This document shows, one piece after another, positions 12,211-25,954 of a stretch of DNA of 64,000 bases; within the stretch, counting starts at the first letter, position 1; the number at the start of each line of letters is the position of its first letter. The stretch lies in assembly GCF_964204645.1 (NCBI RefSeq), contig NC_134025.1, forward strand, positions 25,772,299 through 25,836,298, in the 5' to 3' direction. Both the position numbers and the translations under genes were made by a program. The DNA comes from Tubulanus polymorphus (lineage: Eukaryota > Animalia > Nemertea). The notes beneath the pieces were generated by a model, which was not told the DNA's origin, ran no database searches, and saw only the letters and a list, made by a program, of their open reading frames with translations.

Positions 12211-12989
12211 TGAATCGCGGGTTCCGTTGTAAAATCCTGCGTGAAAAACGTGCATTCATATCCCCATATTGTCCCCCTGGCCCTGCAGTAAATAAGAATT
12301 TTTCGGTAGGCCTTTATGTATTTATAAATGAAATCAAAATGGAAAATGTAATAATTACAATCGATAGTTGAATTTATTTATTCATAACCGTTATAGACAG
12401 AATACATAAGAATATTGAGACTCGAAACCGCTAGCATTGGAATCGACGTTTCATGTAAGAATTCTACATTTGTCCCGTGAGAGGACCCATGTCCCGTCAC
12501 AGGCCCGGGTCCTCTCACGGGACGCTGCAGTTTAACTCATATGCATAATTTTTGGACGTATTTTAATTTTTTATACAGCGGAAGTAAATAATCGATGAGC
12601 AGCCACCTAGCGGGATGTTTGACTGACAAACTGGTGGCAGCACCGTACGGTAGTATAACAACTGACAACTCTGGTTCGAATCCTACTAGCAGGTTCCCGA
12701 TTTGTCGGGCCAGCGCCAAAACTAGCGACATATATAGATTCAACTGATGCGGTTCCACAGCGAGATCTGATGATGATATCCTTGATCCCGAACAAATAAC
12801 AAAGATATTTACAAAAATATACATTTATTTACGAATTAAAAGCAATCAAAGTAAACATTAAAAATGCAAATGGTCTATGTTCATTCCAAAAAATTTTAAA
12901 TCAATTTGACATGCTAGAATGAAAGACAAATTCTACAGGCGGTGGTTTGAAGACTCCTATTAACACTCTTCATCCTTTAGTAAAGAAGA

Positions 12990-15610
12990 CTATTTTTGTT
13001 TTTCTAGTCTGTCCCACCTCCATATCGTCGAGTCATCACATACAGCTATGATAATTTTACCATCGCGACTGAGGTGTGTTTGACGAATAGGGCTAAAACA
13101 TTTACTGTGTATCAATGTTGTACATCTGAAACCAAATATATATATATAGATACTAAATAACGCAGACAGCAGACTAATGCTGATCATCATTAAATCAATA
13201 TGTAACCGGTATGTTAGATTACCTCGAAAAAGTAGGATCCTCTACATCTAAATCCCAAACATAAAGTCGTCCAACTTGGTTCCCAACAACTAAAATCTGA
13301 AAAAATTCAGAAATCTTATATCGATTCATACAGAGGTCTATTAATAGAAAGCACAGATATTGATGATGGAAACTTCGTCAAACAGACCTTTTGAAAGAAA
13401 TCCATAGAAAATCTCATGAACCAGATCTCACACTCCTTGTATTCGAACTGATGTAGCACAGTAACAGACGGATCTGTTAGTTTCAATGAATCCTGAAACA
13501 TCTTCCCCGGTTTCCAACAAACTATTTTGTTTTCACAAGACTGGAAAGACATTCTAAAGCATGAGCGCATTTCAAACTTACTTTTGAACTTAATCATCTC
13601 TCGATAAATGAAATGTATCACTACCTTGGACAAAATCAATTTTCCAAACCATCGACAGCAATCGACATAATTTCTGTGAACATCTCTGGTTGAAAAGTCA
13701 GGGAAATGAACCGGTACGGTCTTGAATGATTTGCTAAAATGCAAGACAAATATATCAATATTCTTCGCAATATTTTTGATGTTGATTGATACATGTTGCA
13801 AAAAAAAATCTATAATTAACGAATAATGAGCTTACTCCTCTTTTTTTGGATCATAGGTATAAGAATGTTCAATGGCTTCCTGCACTTCTGGTTTATCAAG
13901 ACGCCATATCCTAAGTGAATGATCCATTCCACATGAAACAATACGTTCACCTTCAAGATCAAAGTCCTAAAAAGAAAATCAGCATAATTCCAGCTTAATT
14001 CAACACGATTGATACAATGTATATCAATTGATATACTGCACCGTCGGCAAATGTAGATTCACGAATTATACAAAGACTTACAGCACTGAGCACTTCAGCT
14101 CTATGTCCATCAACACCTCCTAAAACTGCTACACAAATACTGGTTTTGATATTCCATAAACGCAGGGCGTGATCTGTAAATAAAACATTGATTGACTAAA
14201 GAATATTCCTTTTTAATTTCCCAGCTCCAATCATTAGAAATTATTCATCTGATTACCTTTGCTGACAGATATGAGTAAGTTCGGGTCATTAGGGTGAATC
14301 TTTAGTTCATTGACAGCATTTCCATGTCCAACAAAATGCTGTAAAAAAAATTACGTGTCATGATAACTATTTTTTACTGAACATTTGACAGAACTTTAAA
14401 GATTTAAGATTACAAACCTTTATGCAACGCATATTTAATGGGCTAATAACCCGTATTGCACCCCGGGCACCAGCAATGATTAAAAGAGGTTGACCAGTAG
14501 TTTGGTCATATGTCCAAGCACAAGTGTAAAAACTTTCTTCTGGCTTTGTATGTTAAGGCAATTGTTATTCAGAAGCAGATTCAGCGCATTTTTAGAGGTT
14601 ATGATAAAGGATACATCAGGATCCACATAGGCTTGTAATAACTTCATTTTTCCTCCTTCCAAGAGTTCATAAATTGTTGTCTAAAAATATCATGAAATAA
14701 AATATGAGCAAACCACATGTTCAATTAACTAGGTACCCTGCTTTTCCAGAATTTGATTTCAAATCATACCCTGTTATTTCCAACAGTGGCGAAAATCAGA
14801 GGATCCCCAGGTTTGCTGTAATAGTTGATTTTCACACCAAATAATGGTGCACCATGATCTTCCTGAAAGACACAAAAAATACAAAATCATGCAAGTGAAA
14901 AATAGCAGATAGAATAAATATTTTCCTTTTGGAATTAATGATTGAATTAGGCAATACCTTCACATAGTTCGTGCATTTGTATTGAAGTTTTGGCTGTTTA
15001 TAAATCAATCCTCTGCCTCGCTTTCTAGATCTACCAGGTAACAATGTAGGAGTACCGCTGCGAGAACTAGTGTCATCTTGAGACAGATTGGACGTACTTT
15101 CAACGCTACCAGACTCTTCCTACAGATCATAAGTATAAGTAAAATTCTTTTGATTATGCCCTTCAACGTTGATACCTTGTTTCTCATCCAAAGCTCTTTT
15201 CTAGACACGACAAGGCGGGCGAATCTTTTTGTAATGAGGTATTTTAAAATAAAAAATACCTCATTAAACTTGTATTTTTATATTATCCAGGGAGACGAGG
15301 GTAGGTTTCTTCTTTTTAAATCCAAAAATTATTCAGTGGCATGTATAACTTATATGAGACGAGGGCGGGAGTTATTCAGAGTTTCTATCCATAGACGGTT
15401 TAAGTGGGCAGAACCAAGACATGTTCATTTGCTTATTTTCTTTATCTTAAACAACTTCAACTCGGGGCCTAAAAAGGATTCGGTCGGTTTGTGTAGATAA
15501 TTAGTGCAACTATCGGAATTTCCTCTCACCATTTCATCCCCTGAAATTTCTTGGTTTACAACATTCTCAATTTTTCCTTTTTTAACGGGATTGTTCTCAT
15601 CTGATTCCAT
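12990..15610 (-). CDS. EED: Polycomb protein EED/ESC (PRC2 WD40 subunit), multi-exon
   Basis: [118 protein letters not shown]. Confidence 0.97.
14544..14614 (-). other. U12-type (minor spliceosome) GT-AG intron in EED
   Basis: Minus-strand donor GTATCCTTTA; branch point GCCTTAAC 8 nt from the intron end; no polypyrimidine tract; splicing restores [13 protein letters not shown]. Confidence 0.85.
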
Positions 15611-15772
15611 ATTTTATCGTATAGAAATAACGCGCAGAAACCGAGTTAAGAATGAAATTAAATTTAGCGGCTGTCCGTGTAAAAATGTTTGGCTCCACAC
15701 GCTTCAGATATCGCGCGAGTTCGATGATGCCGTGATAACCGGAATTGAATTATTAGTACAGCTGCAATCGAA
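15611..15772. promoter_or_regulatory. Bidirectional promoter and 5' UTRs of EED and EMC1
   Basis: Divergent ATGs at 15610 (-) and 15773 (+) are only 162 bp apart; CpG-enriched, with a TCGCGCGA palindrome near 15711. Confidence 0.75.
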
Positions 15773-18700
15773 ATGGCAGCGTCCAACTGGCATACGTTAC
15801 CTTCTGTATTTCTCCTCATTCTGACGATATTTCCGCTCCTGTGTTACTGTTTGTACGAAGATCAAGCTGGGAAATTTGATTGGTATGAAATTTATATGAT
15901 TCGACGCTTTTTTGAGTTAATATTTGCTCCTGGAGTCGATCGAAAGACCAGCAGTATGCATGTCATTCTCGTTGAAAACTCCTAAGTACCGAAATGAACC
16001 GTTTTATATTCAGATGCGCTTTATTTCCAATATGCAATTATCGAGGCATTCGACACTATTCCGTACCATATATAAGCCTTGCCCGACCTATCTTGTTACT
16101 CAACTATATTACCACCGCTGGCATCAGTGTCTGTTCTTTTTAGCATAGTCTTGTATTTGATGAAGGAGCTTAATTTAATTAGCCCTTGGCCTGGCACCAC
16201 TTTTTTTTAGCATTTATGATATAATAATTATGATTCGTCAATTTGTCCCATTTTGCTTGTTCTTACTTTTAATTGCAATTTTTCAAATTTCATTTATAGG
16301 CGTCAACAGTATGTTGGAAAAGTTTCATTTGTAACATTCGAACAAACTAGTCAAACAGGAAGAAGTCTATTAGTAGCTACCGAACAAAATGTTTTAGCCT
16401 CCTTGAACGCCAGAAATGGACAAATAGGTGAATACTTATGTGAATAATTATATCACTTATCCTTTTTCAATATTGATGTTTAGTTCAGAATGTTATATTC
16501 TAATTGCTATTGTACAGGATGGAGATCTCTACTTGAAGATGGAGATAAAGGAAGAATTGATGCGATGATTCATGTTCAAAATGCCAATGGTATCTATAAC
16601 CTTTACTTTACTCTAAAACTCAGGGGCCAGTTGCTCAAAAAATAACCGGTGGATAAATACCATAAGGCCCCTGACTTAAATTCTGATGAAGGAACCAGCA
16701 ATGATAAAATCGGATAAACAAATGAATAGATTTCCTGAAGTTTTTGGTCACAGCATTAAATTTGTTACAATTTCATCTATTCTATTATAGCATTGATAAC
16801 AGTACATGGAGGCGGTACATTCGTACGGAGTTGGCAAACTACGACGGGACACATTAATTGGGAATATCGTCTTGAAGTGGAAAATGCAAAAAAGCGGTAT
16901 CTAAAATGAATGAGATTAACTCACCAATGATCATTTTGGAATAATGAGTTATTGATCAATTGAGCAATATTTTACAGATCTTCAGCAGCGTTATTCGGTG
17001 TCGAAAGCTTTGATGATTCTGTTGCTGTTCTGCATGGTTCTAAAGTTACTATACTTGGTCTTTCCAATGGACACAAAGTATGGGATGCTAGCCTTCCAAA
17101 AAGGTACTTACATATTATACATGTACTATGTATTTCTCCTAGCGATTAATGTATACAGCTAAGAAATGAATGTAATGTAAAATCTAATTTGAATGTGCGC
17201 GTTATTTTCAGTGAATCTGTACAATATGAGCTCATTGACAGTAAAAGTCAAGATCTTGTTGTGGTTGGGTTTTCCTCAGCATCTGAAGTGTATGTTGTAA
17301 CATACAATAAAAAAGGGCAACTTACATCTCAGAAACCACATTCTGACCCATGGTTGACTGCTAATTCAAAGTGTAAGATGTTTGAGGGTGAGATGTTTTG
17401 CGTGGAAAACCAGATCCTCTATAACGCATTTGTACGAACCCCACTTCAGGTGAGCAGTTGATATCATTCTCAATGACATTGATCATGTATCAAATCTGTA
17501 AAGAAAAGATGTGTCAATTCATTTTGAATTTCAGGAACTAGGAGTCAGCGATCATTCTGAAGATGAAGTTAAATCTTTGAACGTGCTAAAGACTTCGGAT
17601 CAAAGCATAATGATAACGATCCAATGGTCAAAAGGAATCTCAATTCTTACGCTGAACAATGGAAAACTTACATTGGTTAAAGATCTGCCCGATGCATTAG
17701 CGGTTCAAGTCGTGACGGAGGATGATACGGATGTTATATTTACACTTCGCAGGACTTCAGCCGAGGTTTTCTATTTACTCTTACAACCATCAATACAGTT
17801 TCCCAACTCACAACTCAGTATAAGAATCTCAGTATCTACTTCATTTTTTGTCAGATCATGATCCCATTGATATAGCAAAATTACGATAATGTCACATTTT
17901 ATGGAGGTCCTATTGTAGTAAAGTTTGAATTACCTGGAGTAACATTCATTTAATTCATGTTTGTTCTGTAGTCTGTTAAAGTGACTGGATTTGACTTTGA
18001 ATCAAGAGAGGATGTTAAGTCTTTCAATCAAGAGCTGCATGTTGCTAGTCACCATGGTGACCCGGAACAGGTGAAGATAATCGAATTCATCTTTTGATAG
18101 GCCTACGTCGACATTTTAATGAAAATTATGCTAAGGCAATTTTTGATTTTTCAGGTCCATACGTTGTCATTCCGTAAAAGAGATGGCAGCACTGGTTATA
18201 AGTATCTCATCTTATGCAAAGATCATTCTATTACAATGTTACAACAATCGGGTAAATCTTTCGACATGATATGATATAAGCAGCGTTGATTTTAATCTGA
18301 TCACGCCCTAATTCTATTGGTTTGTTATTTTAGGTAAAGTTACATGGACCCGTGAAGAAGGTCTAGCTTCTGTTATAAGCGCTAAAATGGTCGATCTTCC
18401 AGTATCGGAAAATCAAGCTAAAATGGAAGATGAATTCGGGTCTCATGAAGGTTTGCTCAAATCCATGTTAATTAAACTTTTAAAACTGTCATGCATCGTT
18501 ACGAGATCTATTTATTTAGTATTTATTACGTGTTTCTTTAGCTGATGTATTTAGTTTGTTCTTCAAAAGAATTTGTACCCAACTTTCACAAGTAAAGGTA
18601 TGATTTGGTATTGAAATCATCAATCACATTTATCAGTATGCAAACCTAGATGTTAGATACATTCGTCGTCATCTTTTTCAGACATTTATTCAACAGCTTC

Positions 18701-21240
18701 AGCACAAAATTCACAGTCACAAACATCACGAAGGTGTTGATGAAACTGATGAGGATGATGAATTAGATATGACCCGGGATGATTTCAGTCTCCATAAAAT
18801 GATCATTCTTGTCTCCGCAGCAGGAAAGGTATAGCTCACTACTGTCCAGTAGATTCTTTGCTGAATATTTGCCTTTAGATGAATTAAATGAGAATTTGCA
18901 TAATATCATACTGCATAAAATACATATGCCTTAGGTGTATGGCATGTACAGTCCAACTGGAAAACTTGTATGGCGGCATTTTTTCCCATATCTTGGAACT
19001 TTTGAGAGGAATGGACGGCCGACTATGCCACTGTTTGTACAGAGAACTACGGCCCATTTTCCACATCCTCCGCAAGCCACAATCCTTGGTATTGACAAAG
19101 TACGTACTTCTCCATCTTTAGCAGTTATTGACAATTTATTGTATTTCGATGTATGAATTAATTGGTAAGATGTAAACATATTTCCTTATTTTAGTTGAGC
19201 GGTAAAAGCGCAGTATTCACGTTCGACCCAATAACAGGTGAATCGATCAACAAGCAGGGTCTGAAGGTGTTCGATTTTAAAGCTATGCAGGTTTCATTGA
19301 CTGCGCAAGTTGATGAACATTTCCTCAGAGGAATTATATTTCTAGATACGAACCTCAAAGTAAGTGCTATTGAAAATCATTTCTATTTGTTTCATATTTG
19401 TTTCATATTTGACGATTCGTTATGATAGTTTCATTTCTTTCATGCGTAGGTTCATGTTTATCCCGAAGAAATGAAACGTCAAGTTGCTGACCAGTCGAAC
19501 ATTATTTATTTATTCACTGTTGAATCTGCTACCGGATTGATTGTAGGATACGGCGTCAAGCCAAAGAGAAAAAGCAAGAGAAAGGTTTGCTGATGAATAT
19601 TTCAAGTATTTCGTTCATTGTTGATAGAGAAAACCATTTGCATCGGCATTTCTTTATTTCTTTCAACCTGATAGATTCAGGAGATAAATGCAGAAGAGCT
19701 GTGGAGGTTGAATCTGGGTTCTGAAAGACAGAAAATAACACACGTTGTTGCAAAGCGATCTTCAGGTAACTAAATGGATTTCTTTTGCTCTCCAATACAC
19801 AAGAAACTGTATCTTTACTACCGCAGGTATTTCATTCTTGCAGAGCATGTACATTCTCTTGGACGAGTACTTGGTGACAGAAGTGTCTTGTACAAATATC
19901 TGAATCCTAATGCAGTAGTCATCGCAGCTGAAGGCATTGATGAGAGCACTAAACAAGGTATGGTGTGAATGCCATAATCAGAGTAGAAAAGGCTAGGCCT
20001 TTATGCATATCTGTTATTGTTAACATTGCATTAATTTTTCTTTCTGATTTTCAGGATTTTTGAACCTGTATTTAGTAGATGTTGTAAACGGAAATGTGGT
20101 ATTCAGTGTAAATCATAAAAGAGTTATGGGTCCCATAAACATAGCTCACTCTGAAAACTTTGTTATAGTAAGTTATTTATGAGTATCAGAATGACAAACT
20201 GTGTTTTATGGTAAAGATTGCTTTGGATGCATTTTGTCATTATTATTTACAGTACAATTATTGGAACCAGAAAAACAGGCGAAACGAAATAACGGTGCTG
20301 GAGTTGTTTGAAGGAAACAAACAAAGCAACTCTACAGCATTTTCGTCATTCAGTCCACCACCAGTGCCGCTGACGATGAGACAAGCCTACATTTTACCAA
20401 CAGGAGTGTCAACTATGACAGTGACTATTACAGAAAAAGGCATTACTGACAAACATATTCTGAGTAAGTACGAATGTACATGCAGTCAAAAACACTAAAG
20501 TCATTCTATTGACGACTCGTCCAATGACAATAATTTACACTTAGTAAATTGAATTGGATGATGCAAATTGGGAGTCAAAAATAATTATCTGATGATGAGA
20601 AATCCGGTTTCAACTGTACATTTATATTCATTTACACATTTTCAATGTAGTTTTGATCATTGATTGTGTTCATATTGCAGTGGCTTTGAATATAGGGTCA
20701 ATTCTTCAAATGCCGAAAGCATTTTTAGACCCCAGGAGGCCTGTCACTCCGACCCCTGAACACAGGTAAAACAAATGAAAAATAAAATTATATTTTCTTA
20801 TTCCATCATGTAAATTCACTTGAATCATGGTTTATTTTTCTGGGTGTTTCAGGGAAGAAGGCGTGCTACCATACATTCCAGAACTACCAGTCATGACTGA
20901 AAACGTAATAAATTATAATTTATCAATGTACAATGTTAGGGATATATACACAGCACCAGCAGGTCTCGAATCTACATGTCTAGTCTTGGCAAGTGGTTTA
21001 GGTAAGCGTTAAACTCGCCGGTGGTAAACAAATCTTATTATCTTACAACATTAGGTAATCTTCATTATCTCTGTTTCAGATTTATTCTTCACCAGAGTGG
21101 CGCCGTCAAAAATGTATGATGTATTAAAGGATGACTTTGATTATTTCTTTATTAGTAGCGTTTTAATGAGTATGATTATAGTTTCCATTCTTACTCAAAA
21201 ACTAGCCGTTAGAAAAGCGTTAAACAGAAATTGGAAATGA
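15773..21240 (+). CDS. EMC1: ER membrane protein complex subunit 1, ~20+ exons
   Basis: Signal peptide then [18 protein letters not shown]; [18 protein letters not shown]; [10 protein letters not shown]; [23 protein letters not shown]; FLDPRRP; [11 protein letters not shown]; [18 protein letters not shown] + TM + LNRNWK*. Confidence 0.97.
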
Positions 21241-22382
21241 AGTACTTGAATTATTTTTTTTCTTGGTCATGATTCTTTTGTAATTTTGTTATATCCACTG
21301 ACATATAATGTGTACCATGTCCGACGGAATGTATTCATAGCTGTTTGCTAATTATTAAAATTTGTCAAAAGTTTTAGAAAAAATTTAGAAAAAAAGAGTT
21401 TTCTAAACATTAGATTTAGACTCTAATTTCATGATGAATTCAATGGAACATTCATAAACTTTTTGTTTCATTCTTTAAAAAAAACTACATCTTCTGCATG
21501 TTTTATGTTCCTTAGAACTGTTTAGGCTAAGCAGTGTCTGTGCATTTGTTTGGTTTCTATAACCACAGAATATGGACATTTTTTCTTGGTTTTAAATCCA
21601 TTTTTAGTGAAAGAACTTGTAAAGAAACCCAAGTAAAGAAATATCCACGTGTTGGGTAATATTTAATTGAATCATAATCTTTTTGCAGCTCTAATCTTTC
21701 GTCCCATCCTTGCTGAGTATATACCCGTTATAGTTTTGACAATCCTTTTATAATTGCAAGGGTCAAAATTAAGGAATGTTTAATTTCAATAATCATTCAT
21801 TGTGTGTGCTTTACGATAGTTTAAATCCATGATATTGGTGGAAGGGTACGGGTATATGTTGTCTATATTGACTGGATTCTTCACTGAGGAGTTACATATG
21901 ATTTTTCACTCAACTTTTTCATTTCTTAAAAGAGAATTGTGTATAATATGTCTCATTTTCTGGACGATAATACACATGGTCACTTTGCTGTACTTTCTCC
22001 TCTGATGCATGTAATTTTGTGTATATTTAATGATTGATGTAAATTATGATGTCAGGAGTGTGTAAATGTTACACATGATTGGGCTGTCCAATTGCAGATG
22101 TTTTTTATATGAAATAAATTATTCACTGAATTGTACTTGTAAAATATTTTTAGCCTTGATTGATGTTGTTTTGGAGTAAGTAATGATTACCCATTAGAAT
22201 GAATTCAGCGAGTGGAAAGATCGCAAAAGATTTAAGGATGATTTTAAATGATACTGAAAATGAACGCTATACAACATAGCGAAATGATAGGCGGGACTCG
22301 AACCTCTAATCAAAACTGGGGGGCTACAGTTTTAATCCAACCCTACATAGTTTGCGCACGCGCAGATTGCTTCATGGTGATC

Positions 22383-24759
22383 ATGGCTGCCCTTCTTTCG
22401 TCCTCGCGAAAACTTTCCCGTGTTTTGAACCGTCTTTCGATAAGAGGCTTTTCGCTGGCGGCGAAAAAGGTAAATATGCAATGAAGACAAAAAGTTATAA
22501 CAATTTGGTATCATTTTAATGTTAATTGTTGTGTCTGATATTGTTAAATTTCAAGTTATTTGATGCCGCTCAACAAAAAATAGTCTGTTTTTTATCCGTT
22601 CGTTACGTCAGTGAAATGAAATATTTGTTCGTTCTTGTCACAGACATATCTTATAAGGATATCCTTATTTTGACTTTTATTAGAATGATGTTGGTATACA
22701 GCGAGGGCTAATATCATCAGGTATGCAACAATCACTAGGCTATAAAATTTAGTAAAATGATTTGCCTTTAAATTTGGATTGCCTAGTGAATGAAGAATTG
22801 ATTTGAATTTTGGTCTTGAATTTTATTTCAGTTGTCAGACAGGGTAATGAAACTTTGGGTAGACATCATATGATATCATTTAAGAGGAACTTTCATCCAT
22901 CAATTGTGCTATGTATGTAATACTTATGTAAATTTTCTGAATTTCATTCATAAAACTTTCAATTTAGATACCGGTATTTCTATTGATAAAAATCTTCTTC
23001 AGGTGAAGTCCATGTAGTGAAAACGCCTCCTTTTGCCGAGTCTGTTACTGAAGGTGATGTTAGGTGGGAGAAAGGTACGCAATTTACCAATTTCCAGTCT
23101 TATTTGATGACTGACTTTCTACGAATTGAAGTTGACTATTTCTGAATATTTAGGAGTTGGAGATGCAGTAGAAGTCGATGAAGTTGTTTGTGAAATTGAG
23201 ACCGATAAAACATCGATCCCCGTTCCTGCACCGAGTGCTGGAGTTATTGAAGAGTTGCTTGTAGAAGATGGCGACCGTGTTGAACCTGGATATGATTTGT
23301 TCAAACTGAACACTGAAGGTATAAAAGCTATCAAATAGTCTTGTTTAATGGAATGATTAATGTGGTAAAGATAGATTTGTGAAATTATCTTTCAGGTGTA
23401 GCGGCTGCTAAACCCAAGGAGGCAGCGGCAGCAGCTCCCCCTGCAGAGCCTGCAGCTGCAACCCAACCCCCGCCTCCAACAGCAGCTGCACCTGCCTCTG
23501 CTGCTGCCGGGCCAATACCTACTACCCCTCCACCTGTTCCACCCATACCCCAGCAACCCATTGCATCGAAACCAGCTTCATCTGTAAAACCTACCCCAGC
23601 CGCTGCGCCAACTCAACTTTCTGGTTCTAGGACAGAAACTAGGGTGAGTTATCAAATCATTTTATAAATCGAATTACTTCTGTATGATCTTTGATTTTGA
23701 TCGTTTGTATACTGGATGTTTCAGGTGAAGATGAACAGAATGCGGTTGAGAATTGCTCAGCGCTTGAAAGATGCTCAAAATACATGCGCGATGTTAACGA
23801 CTTTCAACGAAATAGACATGAGGTCAGTTTACAAAGCTCAGCTCGTCATTGTCACAAACTCCTTGACAATATCAACACTATTTGTAAAACCAAACCCATC
23901 TGTTTTGTAGTAATATCATGCAGCTACGAAGTGAATACAAGGATAGTTTCCAGAAGAAACACAACATTAAGCTTGGCTTCATGTCTGCTTTTCTGAAAGC
24001 CTCGGCTTACGCCCTTGAACATCAACCGGTTGTAAATGCAGTGATAGATGAAAGTGAAATTGTCTACAGAGATTATGTTGATATCAGTGTTGCTGTAGCT
24101 ACGCCTAAGGTATAACATAACTACTTCGACATGTACTGACTGTTTTGTGTATTTGAAAACTTTAGTTCATATGAATTCTCTCTTGATTAAGGGTTTGGTT
24201 GTTCCAGTGCTCAGAAATGTAGAATCAATGAATTACGCCGATATAGAAAAAGGACTCGTCGAATTGGGAGAAAAAGTAAATACTCGTAACCCATTTTCCA
24301 TTGTGTAGAATCATTGGTTGTTTTTGTTGTTTCTTGGTGAATAATGATTGATTCATTGATATTTAATTCAGGCTCGTACTGGTAGTTTAGCCATCGAAGA
24401 TATGGATGGCGGCACTTTCACAATCAGCAACGGAGGCGTGTTTGGTTCGATGTTTGGAACGCCTATTATTAACCCTCCACAATCAGCAATCTTAGGAATG
24501 CATGGTATATTTGAGAGACCAGTCGCCGTGAAAGGGCAGGTATGTCGAGTCGTAAATTTTGTCTTCTCGTTCATCAAGTTTATTAACTCTTATTCGTGTT
24601 ATTTTACTGTATTCGTATTTACAGGTTGTTATTAGACCAATGATGTACATAGCTCTGACTTACGACCATCGTTTAATAGACGGACGAGAGGCTGTCACAT
24701 TTTTAAAACAAATCAAGTCAGCAGTCGAGGATCCGCGTGTAATGTTCATGGATCTCTGA
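22383..24759 (+). CDS. DLST: Dihydrolipoamide succinyltransferase (E2 of 2-oxoglutarate dehydrogenase), mitochondrial
   Basis: Arg/Ser-rich transit peptide; [14 protein letters not shown]; lipoyl site EIETDKT; Pro/Ala linker; [28 protein letters not shown]; [14 protein letters not shown]; catalytic [13 protein letters not shown]. Confidence 0.98.
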
Positions 24760-25954
24760 AGATAGTTCGATCGATAAGCGTATATTATTAGGAGAGAATG
24801 TTTTTATGTTTGGAATTATTATTTATAATACGTATCAGTAATTGAACTGAATCGGACGCCACTCAGACTGTATTTTCTTCCACGTGAAAAACTGAGTGTT
24901 CGCTATATGTTAAATTGATCGATTGTTTTTAAACTGTGATCTGCAGTTCCTGTAGATTATGTAGAGATTCAGAGAGGTGTGTTGACTGTGAAACATAATT
25001 TATTATTAATGTGTCTATATACTGTATGTCTTGTAATTAAAGCTGCATTTAATTACATTGAACTTTATTGAATTCACCTTTAATCCTTAGAACAAGAGCC
25101 TGGTTTTATTAGCCGAACTCTGTGGTATATTTTGTGACTGTGGGAGGTAATTTCTTTGCTTTCTCATCGTTAACTATTAAAATAAATTCATTAATTTCCT
25201 GTAGTCTAAGTATCTAGCCCTTGTTCCAGAGTGATGACAAGATCGTGGGGTAATTCAGACTAATGTGCTCAGATATTTTGACACAGTAAGCGATCAGTAA
25301 ATAAGATGAATAATCTAGTCTAGTCTTTGGGCCTGTCGCCATCAAGCACTGTCTAGTTTGTGCCAGAAAATGTATATATAAAAATTCAAATGCAGCATTG
25401 GAATACCGGCATATGAAATCTGGATGAATCGGTCTGCATTCCAACTACTGAAGTTTATTTATCACCATTAAGTATTCCAGGCTCTTTTCAACATCCTGTA
25501 CTGCGTGATGAGTGTTTCATTCGAACAATGTCAATTTAATGTATTATATATCATATAGAACCATAATAAATTTGTTGATCTATAAAGTTTTGTTTGTTTA
25601 TTTTTTTTTAAAGTCCATTTGGTTGCATTTTTAGTGCCGTTACCTGCATAGCTAGGCGATTGGGTAACTAACTACGCATCGCAGTTAATTGATGGAATCT
25701 TTATTAAACGCAGGAGATTTGGTGAATTTTTGTTTAATGTTCATGCATGGCATTCAAATTAGCCACGTGCTTTTGTTGACGCTAAATCTCGGGAAGTAGG
25801 CGAGTTGAATTGTGGGAGTAGTAGTGACGTCATGGCGTCGAGCCGAGGCGAGAGAAATGGCTGAAGATATATCGCTAGAATAATGTCGATATTTAGCACG
25901 TTTTTCGGGCGTTCGCCTTCGTAATTATGGTCGGTTGTTGAAATTAAACATGCT

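Larger units (their letters stand above)
7414..12531. mobile_element. Foldback-like non-autonomous DNA transposon: TIRs, inverted internal minisatellite arms, ~830-bp AT-rich centre; flanked by TTAA
   Basis: Left end TTAA|ACTGCAGC(tatgcagcat)GTCCCGTGAGAGGACCTGGGGCCTGTGACGGGACAT; reverse complement of right end TTAA|ACTGCAGCGTCCCGTGAGAGGACCCGGGCCTGTGACGGGACAT; TTAA at 7410-7413 and 12532-12535; no transposase ORF recognised. Confidence 0.85.

Noticed and set aside
22659-22674. AT-AC U12 donor-like ATATCCTT in DLST intron 1
   Set aside because: No compatible branch point and AC acceptor at a usable distance; canonical GT-AG splicing explains the gene.
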